Assembly: GCA_034722955.1 (NCBI GenBank) | Contig: JAYEOM010000066.1 | Location: 1 to 14,149, forward strand | Direction: 5' to 3' | Origin: Campylobacterota bacterium | Lineage (GTDB): Bacteria; Campylobacterota; Campylobacteria; Campylobacterales; Sulfurovaceae | DNA length: 14,149 nucleotides | Part shown: positions 7,729 to 14,149 of the stretch, one piece after another | Position numbering within the stretch: the first letter of the stretch is position 1 | Layout: each line of letters begins with the position of its first letter | Translations under genes and position numbers: made by a program | Notes under the pieces: model-generated | The model's input: only the letters and a program-made list of their open reading frames with translations | The model's database searches: none | Told to the model about the DNA's origin: nothing

Positions 7729-8973
7729 ATGATCGATCTCAAATACCTTCAAAATAACTTTGATGAAGCATCAGCTAAGCTTCAAAAAAAGGGTGTAGAC
7801 AATAGCACTCTTGAGAGACTTCAAGCACTCTTCACCTCTCTAAAAATAGCAAATGCATCTTTTCAGTCAGCTAGAGCAGAGCAGAACCAAATGTCAAAGC
7901 TTTTTGGTGAGTATAAACGAGAGGGAAAGGATATCTCTGAACTTAAAGCCAAAGTAGATGCAAAAAAAGAGGATATCGTCTCACTGCAAGAGTCAGCAAG
8001 AGAGGCACAATTAGCTCTCAATGAGATAGCATTGGTAATTCCAAATTTTCCTGATGATTCAGTGCCGGTGGGTGATGATGAGTCGGAAAATGTAGAGATG
8101 CACAGAGTACTCGAACCCAAATCATTTGATTTTGAACCCAAAGAGCACTGGGAGCTGGCCAAGGCAAACGGATGGATCGATTTTGAGCGGGGTGTAAAGC
8201 TAGCGAAGAGTCGTTTTGCAGTCTTGAGAGGCGATGGTGCTAGAGTAGAGAGAGCTCTCATCAACTTCTTCCTAGATACCAACCAAACCAAGGGTTTTGA
8301 GGAGTTCTGTGTACCATTTATGAACAATGCAGAGATGCTTCAGGGTACGGGACAGCTTCCCAAGTTTGAAGATGACCTCTTCAAGATAGAGGAGGAGAAC
8401 CTATATCTCATCCCTACAGCGGAAGTTCCACTCACCAATATCTACCATGATGAGATCATTGCAGAGAGAGATTTGCCGATACTTATGACAGGATATACGC
8501 CATGTTTCCGCAGAGAAGCAGGAAGTGCGGGACGAGATACCAGAGGTATGGTTAGACAGCATCAGTTTGATAAGGTAGAGATGGTCTCTATCACCCACCC
8601 CGACAAGAGTGATGAGATATTTGAGATGATGGTAGAGAATGCTTCAGATATATTGACTGCTTTGGGCTTGCCTCACAGAGTGATGGAGCTTTGTGGTGGT
8701 GATCTAGGTTTTTCAGCTGCCAAAACCATAGATCTGGAGGTGTGGCTGCCAGGACAAAATCAATACCGTGAGATCAGCTCTATATCTACTACAGGAGATT
8801 TCCAAGCTAGACGAGCAAAGATCCGTTTCAAAGATGGCAAGAAAAATAGATTTGTTCATACACTAAATGGTTCTGCTCTAGCAGTAGGACGCACCCTCAT
8901 CGCCATCATGGAGAATTATCAAAATGAAGATGGGAGTATCGAGATACCTGAAGTGCTGAAGAGATATATGTAG
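7729..8973 (+). CDS. serS: Serine--tRNA ligase
   Basis: N-terminal coiled-coil arm, [16 protein letters not shown], motif 2 CFRREAG.AGRDTRG..RQHQF.KVE, REISS.S and motif 3 [11 protein letters not shown]. Confidence 0.98.
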   Translation: MIDLKYLQNNFDEASAKLQKKGVDNSTLERLQALFTSLKIANASFQSARAEQNQMSKLFGEYKREGKDISELKAKVDAKKEDIVSLQESAREAQLALNEIALVIPNFPDDSVPVGDDESENVEMHRVLEPKSFDFEPKEHWELAKANGWIDFERGVKLAKSRFAVLRGDGARVERALINFFLDTNQTKGFEEFCVPFMNNAEMLQGTGQLPKFEDDLFKIEEENLYLIPTAEVPLTNIYHDEIIAERDLPILMTGYTPCFRREAGSAGRDTRGMVRQHQFDKVEMVSITHPDKSDEIFEMMVENASDILTALGLPHRVMELCGGDLGFSAAKTIDLEVWLPGQNQYREISSISTTGDFQARRAKIRFKDGKKNRFVHTLNGSALAVGRTLIAIMENYQNEDGSIEIPEVLKRYM

Positions 8974-9086
8974 GGCAGTTAATGCGGTGTGTTGGGAAAC
9001 ACCAATGCCAATAAAACACTCAACACCCCAAAGGGATACCCCTACGAACTGCTGCACATTGTAGAGGCAATCCCTTGTGGTTGCCT
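8970..9086. repeat. REP/REPIN-like cluster 2
   Basis: GTAG overlapping the serS stop; GGTGTGTTGGGAAACACC at 8986-9003; minus-strand TCGTAGGGGTATCCC at 9033-9047 (identical to 1514-1528); complete GTAG-AGGCAATC-CCTTGT-GGTTGCCT at 9061-9086 (17 nt identical to the reverse complement of 1486-1502). Confidence 0.8.
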
Positions 9087-9099
9087 AATTCGGGATGAC

Positions 9100-9160
9100 A
9101 TGACAAGTGACGGCGGAGAGTATCGTCACGAGAGAAAAATAGATGTTTTCACTGTGTCAT
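9100..9160. terminator. Hairpins between convergent serS and leuA (possible 3'-end structures)
   Basis: GTGACGG/TCGTCAC (9107-9129), GAAAA/TTTTC (9134-9150), and an alternative ATGACA-AGTGA/TCACT-G-TGTCAT pairing. No strong U-tract. Confidence 0.3.
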
Positions 9161-9172
9161 AAATAGATGGCA

Positions 9173-10732
9173 TTAGATCGTCTCTCTACTATCTGTATGT
9201 CTAAATTTCAACATCCCCTCCATACTCAAATAACTATTGAGCGCACCGATATAGGCTCTAGCAGATGCGAGCATGGTATCTAGGCTCAAGCCATGACCGA
9301 TGATAGCAGGTTCATCATCGTTAAATGTGACTTTGACGGTGACATTGGCTAGTGCATCTTTGCCTTTAGAGACGGATTTGACTCTGTAGTCCATAAGTAT
9401 GCCTTGATATCCTGAGATACGATCGATAGTTTTGAAGACAGCATCTATAGTGCCATCACCTATACCTGCATCGGTGATCTCCTCGCCATTATGTCTGATG
9501 GTAACGGCGGCACTCGGTACACCACTGCTGCAATCCATCAACTGTAAGCTGACCAATTCAAATGCCTTGGGAACATTTGCCATTTGACTAGTGACCAATG
9601 CACGGATATCATCATCATATATCTCTTTCTTCTTGTCTGCCAACTCTTTGAATCGCTCAAAGGCACTATTGAGCTCCTCTCTTTCAAGCGGGAAGCCAAG
9701 CTTTGATAGCTTATCATTAAAGGCTGCACGACCTGAGTGTTTGCCTAGAACCAAGGTATCTTCCATATCCAACCCTATATCTTGAGGTCGAATGATCTCA
9801 TAGGTTGATTTGTTTTTCAACATACCGTCTTGATGGATACCACTCTCATGAGCAAAGGCATTTTTGCCTACGATTGCCTTGTTTGGTTGTGGTTCGATAC
9901 CGGTGATATTTGCGATCAATCGACTGCTAGGATAGATCTCTTTTGTATTGATATTGGTTTTGAAATCTCCAAATATATCAGATCTGACCTTTAGTGCCAT
10001 GACGATCTCTTCGAGTGCTGCATTGCCTGCTCGTTCACCCAAACCATTGATAGTACACTCTATTTGACGGGCACCACTGCTGATACTCTCTAGTGAATTG
10101 GCTACTGCCAAGCCCAAATCATTATGGTTATGTACAGAGATGATCGCACGACCCTCTGTATAGTCACTCATCTCTTTGACCATAGCACCGATCTCTTGGG
10201 GGAGTCTAAACCCGACTGTATCAGGGAGGTTTATAGTAGTTGCTCCTGCTTGGATGACAGCATCAGATATCTCTTTGAGAAATGCCATGTCTGATCTGCC
10301 TGCATCTTCACAGCTGAACTCTACATCTTCGACAAATGTACGAGCATACTCTACAGCTCTGATGGCTCGTCGTATCACTTCGTCAGGAGACATCTTGAGT
10401 TTATGCTCCATATGTATAGAACTCGTGGCGATAAATGTATGGATGCGTTTCATCTTTGCCTGTGAGACTGCCTCTCCTGCTGCTTTGACATCAGAGTCTA
10501 TGGCTCTAGCCAAAGAGCATACAGTAGAGTTGCTGACTCTTTGTGAAATTTTGCTGATCGCATCAAAGTCTCCAGGACTTGCTGCGGCGAAGCCTGCTTC
10601 GATAATATCAACACCCAATCGCTCCAACTGTGCAGCGATTTGAATCTTCTCTTCGGTATTCATAGAGGCACCGGGACTCTGCTCTCCATCTCTCAATGTG
10701 GTATCAAATATTTTGATAATTTCTGTATTCAC
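9173..10732 (-). CDS. leuA: 2-isopropylmalate synthase
   Basis: [47 protein letters not shown] and C-terminal regulatory domain (G.G..DA.F). The likely start is GTG 10732 with an AAAGG SD; the track's GTG 10750 has no SD. Confidence 0.97.
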   Translation of the reverse strand: MNTEIIKIFDTTLRDGEQSPGASMNTEEKIQIAAQLERLGVDIIEAGFAAASPGDFDAISKISQRVSNSTVCSLARAIDSDVKAAGEAVSQAKMKRIHTFIATSSIHMEHKLKMSPDEVIRRAIRAVEYARTFVEDVEFSCEDAGRSDMAFLKEISDAVIQAGATTINLPDTVGFRLPQEIGAMVKEMSDYTEGRAIISVHNHNDLGLAVANSLESISSGARQIECTINGLGERAGNAALEEIVMALKVRSDIFGDFKTNINTKEIYPSSRLIANITGIEPQPNKAIVGKNAFAHESGIHQDGMLKNKSTYEIIRPQDIGLDMEDTLVLGKHSGRAAFNDKLSKLGFPLEREELNSAFERFKELADKKKEIYDDDIRALVTSQMANVPKAFELVSLQLMDCSSGVPSAAVTIRHNGEEITDAGIGDGTIDAVFKTIDRISGYQGILMDYRVKSVSKGKDALANVTVKVTFNDDEPAIIGHGLSLDTMLASARAYIGALNSYLSMEGMLKFRHTDSRETI

Positions 10733-10777
10733 TGTTTTGCCTTTGGTCACAAATGCTTCTATTCTATATAGAAGCTC

Positions 10778-10809
10778 AAAAATACCCCTGTTTTATCTAA
10801 AAACAAGAG
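10778..10809 (-). terminator. Intrinsic terminator (attenuator) upstream of leuA
   Basis: Minus strand CTCTTGTTTT-loop-AAAACAGGGG, a 10-bp stem including G-U pairs, followed by TATTTTT. Lies between the leader peptide and leuA. Confidence 0.7.
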
Positions 10810-10834
10810 AGGGATAGGTTAGGATTTTAAACGA

Positions 10835-10912
10835 TCAGAGACAGGGCAGCAGAAGAAGAGTTGAGGCTACTTTGTTGAACTGTTTATATGTATGATTGAT
10901 AGTATAGATCAT
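10835..10912 (-). CDS. leuA leader peptide (LeuL-like), 25 aa MIYTINHTYKQFNKVASTLLLLPCL
   Basis: ATG at 10912 with GAGGAG SD (10918-10923). Four tandem Leu codons CTT CTT CTG CTG plus CTC; TGA at 10835-10837. Sits between the promoter and terminator upstream of leuA. Confidence 0.82.
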   Translation of the reverse strand: MIYTINHTYKQFNKVASTLLLLPCL

Positions 10913-10935
10913 ATTCTCTCCTCGTATTTTTTGAT

Positions 10936-10964
10936 ATTATAGTATAAAAAAGATCTGATTGCAA
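10936..10964 (-). promoter_or_regulatory. sigma70 promoter of the leader-leuA transcript
   Basis: TTGCAA (10959-10964), 17-bp spacer, TATAAT (10936-10941) on the minus strand. Confidence 0.7.
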
Positions 10965-10977
10965 GAAGTGCAAAATA

Positions 10978-10993
10978 TCTATTTGCAAATAGA
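10978..10993. promoter_or_regulatory. Perfect 16-bp palindrome, candidate operator between divergent promoters
   Basis: TCTATTTGCAAATAGA is its own reverse complement. Confidence 0.35.
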
Positions 10994-11075
10994 GGTAAAA
11001 CTTCCTGACATTAAAGCCAAAACAGGTTAAAATAGAGAGCAACATACTCTCAACGGGAGAGAGAGGAGATAGAAG

Positions 11076-12890
11076 ATGATCGAAATAGTAACTCTTCTGC
11101 TAGTTATTATGCTTTTTTCAAGAGTATCCGAAGAGTACACGAAACTCCCTACAACACTTTTTTTACTCATATATGCCTATATAACAACACTGCTATTTCC
11201 AGGATTTCTGACCGTTACAAATGAGGATTTTGACTCTATTTTGTACTTAATGATTCCAGTCATTCTACTTCCCGACCTTCTAAAGATATCTATAAAGGAG
11301 TTCAAAAAAAATCTAATACCAATCCTCTATTTGGCAGTGATCTCCGTAGTACTCTCTATCACTATAGGTATTTTAATTGCACCTTTTATACTGCATATCG
11401 ACTTGTCGATAGTATCTCTCATAGCACTATTTACGATGTTGATGGCAACAGACGCTATTACTGTTTCATCTATATTTGCAAATTTTCATCTACCAAAACA
11501 GCTGAAGATTTATGCAGAGGGGGAGAGCTTGCTCAATGATGTGACGGCATTGGTAATATTTTATTTTATAGCTCTTCCTATGATAAAGGGTATCGATATA
11601 GGATTGGTTGATATCAATCTTATTATCTTCAAAGTAGTAACTCTATCTATATTTATAGGAGTTATCTGTGCCGTTATAGGTTTTTATGCTATTAAAATCC
11701 TAAAAGATCCTATAGAGCAGTTTATAATTATCTATCTGATAAGTATTGTCTCTTTTGTACTAGCGGAAACTCTACATATCTCTGGTATTTTATCTGTTAT
11801 TGCAGCTATTATTGTCTTTAGAGTACTACTACACAAAGAGTTGAAAAAAAATCCAACCCTCCTACAGTCAAAGTTCAAAAAACATCAGCTAAATGAAGAG
11901 TTAGACCTATATGACTTTATTACCAAACTCTCCAAATTTATCCCTGCCATGACAAGAAGGGAGTTTAGAGGATATAAAAAAGAGGCCACCTATATAGGTA
12001 TCTTTGCAAATGGAGTTGTATTTATAATCATCGCTTATCTATTTGAGGTGCCTCTCCTATATAAGTATGCTTATGAGATCATAGCTATATTTTTACTGAT
12101 TACTCTTATCAGATATATCTCCATATACTTTTTTATGAAATTTATCAACAGAGAGATACACTGGATAAATGTACTCACTCTCTCAGGAGTCAAAGGAGCA
12201 CTTACTATAATTATGGCACACTCCCTGCCAAAAGATTTCCCTCACCTTGAGCTTTTTGAAGCTATAGTAGTAGGAAATGTAATATTGAGTATCTTTGTCT
12301 ATACTCTTGCCTTGGTGATCTATATCGACTTTTCAAAACACAACTTCAAACAAGATATCATAGAGGAAAATTCAGATAGCTCACCTCGCGATCAAAAGCT
12401 GAATATCAAAGATATTGCCAACTCTCTAGAGAGAGATTCAGAGACAAATGCATACAATAGAGTATTTATAGAGGAGATTTTAGAGAGAGAAATTTCTCGT
12501 TCACTTAGATATAAACTGGACCTCTCTATCATAGCATTCAAACTACGAAACATAACAATCTTCAATGAAAATGACAGAGCGGAGATACTACACTTTACGA
12601 GCAAAATAGTATTAAAAAAGATAAGAACAAATGACTTTTATGGAAAAATGGATGATAACTACTTCATAATAATCGCTACAAGTACTCCCTTGAGTGGTGC
12701 TACTATTCTTGCAAATAGATTAGAAAAAAAGTTCAAGAAATTTGAAGCAGGAGATAACAAACACAATCTTCACTCATATTTTGGAATAGCAGATATAAAT
12801 GACACAGATAATATTGAAACCCTAATGGAAAAAATAGAGGATGCTCTAAAAAAAGCAAAATTCTCAAAGGGGATAGAGATAGCTTATTAG
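11076..12890 (+). CDS. CPA1 (NhaP-like) cation/H+ antiporter fused to a C-terminal degenerate GGDEF domain
   Basis: About 420 aa of multi-TM region with ATD (aa 124-126) and GESLLND (aa 149-155) ion-site motifs, SGIL and G.KGAL. C-terminal D.ETNAYNR...RTND-FYGKM-DDNYF.....FGIA...DALKKAK..G follows the GGDEF fold pattern. GAGGAG SD; TAAAAT at 11028-11033. Confidence 0.85.
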   Translation: MIEIVTLLLVIMLFSRVSEEYTKLPTTLFLLIYAYITTLLFPGFLTVTNEDFDSILYLMIPVILLPDLLKISIKEFKKNLIPILYLAVISVVLSITIGILIAPFILHIDLSIVSLIALFTMLMATDAITVSSIFANFHLPKQLKIYAEGESLLNDVTALVIFYFIALPMIKGIDIGLVDINLIIFKVVTLSIFIGVICAVIGFYAIKILKDPIEQFIIIYLISIVSFVLAETLHISGILSVIAAIIVFRVLLHKELKKNPTLLQSKFKKHQLNEELDLYDFITKLSKFIPAMTRREFRGYKKEATYIGIFANGVVFIIIAYLFEVPLLYKYAYEIIAIFLLITLIRYISIYFFMKFINREIHWINVLTLSGVKGALTIIMAHSLPKDFPHLELFEAIVVGNVILSIFVYTLALVIYIDFSKHNFKQDIIEENSDSSPRDQKLNIKDIANSLERDSETNAYNRVFIEEILEREISRSLRYKLDLSIIAFKLRNITIFNENDRAEILHFTSKIVLKKIRTNDFYGKMDDNYFIIIATSTPLSGATILANRLEKKFKKFEAGDNKHNLHSYFGIADINDTDNIETLMEKIEDALKKAKFSKGIEIAY

Positions 12891-13059
12891 ACTAACAGAT
12901 TTGGTGTTTATCTCCTTGGGGTAACCTTACATCATATTCTATAATTGGATAGGTACATAAAGCTTAAGCTATTGCCAACGAGTATAACTTTTATCCCTTT
13001 TCGGGTATGATTGCGAAAACTTATTAGGAGTATACTCCGATGCTATTAAAGGATATGAG

Positions 13060-14094
13060 ATGAACTACCCGGATCTTCCTAAAGATTGCAACTCACTGCT
13101 GTGTAGACATTTGACACCACAAATTTATGAAGAGTTAAAAGATAAGAGAACCTCCAGTGGTTTCACCTTGGATCGGGCGATCAACTCTGGTGTTGTCAAC
13201 CTAGATAGTGGTATCGGTGTCTATGCAGGTGATGAGGAGTCCTACTCTCTCTTCTCTCCTCTCTTTGATCCTATCATCCGGGAGTATCACGGCTTTGGTC
13301 AAGAGGAGAGACACCAGAGCAATCTCAACCCAGATGATCTAACTGCACCCAACCCTGATCCAAAAGGGGAATTTATACTCTCTACCCGTATTCGTGTGGG
13401 GCGTAATGTCGCCGGTATGCCACTAGGTCCCGCTATCACCAAGGAGCAGAGAGATCAAGTTGAGTCTAGTGTGGTGGAGGCGTTGAAGAGGCTAGATGGT
13501 CTCTTGGCAGGTGACTACTACCCTCTCCTAGGTATGTCCAGAGAGACTCAAGAGGATTTGATCAAAGATCACTTCCTATTTAAAGAGGGTGACCGCTTTC
13601 TAGCTGCTACAGGACTCAACAACAATTGGCCAGAGGGGAGAGGCATCTATCATAATAGGGATAAAACATTTTTGGTTTGGATCAACGAAGAGGATCAGCT
13701 GCGTATCATCTCTATGCAACAGGGTGGCGATATCAAAGAGGTATTTACGCGTCTAGCCAGTGCGATCGAAAGTATCGAAACTAGGGTTCCATTCTCCTAT
13801 AGCGATCATCTAGGATACATCACAAGCTGCCCTACCAATCTAGGAACAGCGATGAGAGCTAGTGTGCATATCGCATTGCCAAATCTAGCTAAAGATATGG
13901 AGTCATTCAAAGCGATCACCGAGCAGTATCATCTTCAGATTCGTGGTATTCATGGTGAACATACAGAGAGCGAAGGGGGCATTTATGATATCAGTAACCG
14001 TCGCCGCCTAGGTATCACCGAAGTAGAAGCGGTACAAGATATGTATGATGGTGTTGTAGCACTCATAACGGCCGAAAAGAGACTTAGTACTTAG
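13060..14094 (+). CDS. Arginine kinase (ATP:guanidino phosphotransferase, phosphagen type with N-terminal domain)
   Basis: N-terminal helical domain with SG..NLDSG.GVYAGD.ESY, STRIRVGRN, WP.GRGI, NEEDQLR, reactive-Cys CPTNLGT, RG.HGEHTE and DISN.RRLG.TE. AAAGGA SD at 13048-13053. Confidence 0.93.
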   Translation: MNYPDLPKDCNSLLCRHLTPQIYEELKDKRTSSGFTLDRAINSGVVNLDSGIGVYAGDEESYSLFSPLFDPIIREYHGFGQEERHQSNLNPDDLTAPNPDPKGEFILSTRIRVGRNVAGMPLGPAITKEQRDQVESSVVEALKRLDGLLAGDYYPLLGMSRETQEDLIKDHFLFKEGDRFLAATGLNNNWPEGRGIYHNRDKTFLVWINEEDQLRIISMQQGGDIKEVFTRLASAIESIETRVPFSYSDHLGYITSCPTNLGTAMRASVHIALPNLAKDMESFKAITEQYHLQIRGIHGEHTESEGGIYDISNRRRLGITEVEAVQDMYDGVVALITAEKRLST

Positions 14095-14149
14095 TGCTGT
14101 AGGGGTCAGGTAAAAAATAAAACAAAATAGTTTTTGTTGTTAGATGACA

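Noticed and set aside
7863..8327. 154-aa antisense ORF inside serS (also 8401-8598)
   Set aside because: Shadow frame of a conserved gene, with Ser/Phe-rich antisense composition and no recognisable motif.
8970..9160. CRISPR array
   Set aside because: Units are inverted, heterogeneous and irregularly spaced, with no cas genes; they fit REPs.
10176..10643. 155-aa antisense ORF inside leuA (also 9538-9729 and 9591-9785)
   Set aside because: Fully overlaps leuA and is a typical reverse-frame or alternate-frame artefact.
12435..12890. Active diguanylate cyclase
   Set aside because: The GG(D/E)EF motif and metal-binding aspartate are lost.
12961..13038. Short palindromes AGCTTAAGCT (12961-12970) and GGAGTATACTCC (13027-13038)
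   Set aside because: Too short and unrelated to each other to call as operators. The second may simply coincide with a -10 (TATACT).
13060..14094. McsB protein-arginine kinase assignment
   Set aside because: The phosphagen-kinase N-terminal domain is present and the ctsR-mcsA-clpC context is absent.

Overview
Core-genome-like window from an AT-rich bacterium, most likely Campylobacterota (Sulfurovum-like). This is inferred from AAGGA Shine-Dalgarno sites, TATAAT-dominated promoters, gene content and a bacterial arginine kinase. Gene order: end of pstB, phoU, a hairpin-rich accessory patch with a 74-aa orphan ORF behind a perfect sigma70 promoter, a minus-strand run uvrB-ppk1-gamma carbonic anhydrase-EI24/CysZ-like gene, divergent zapB/zapA-like genes and serS, convergent leuA, then a CPA1 Na+/H+ antiporter fused to a degenerate GGDEF domain, and a eukaryote-type arginine kinase. 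The highlights not in the ORF track are: (1) the antiporter's GGDEF domain has lost its catalytic site but keeps the RxxD I-site, making it a candidate c-di-GMP-regulated exchanger next to a phosphagen kinase; (2) a 25-aa Leu-rich leader peptide plus terminator forms a probable leucine attenuator upstream of leuA; (3) a near-identical 33-35 bp sequence, in inverted orientation, fills both the ppk1/gamma-CA and zapB/zapA junctions and brackets a 4.5-kb segment; (4) two clusters of GTAG-type REP elements show compensatory stem changes; (5) a roughly 100-nt strand-biased hairpin and an attC-like hairpin flank the orphan ORF. All calls come from reading the sequence only; no searches were run.
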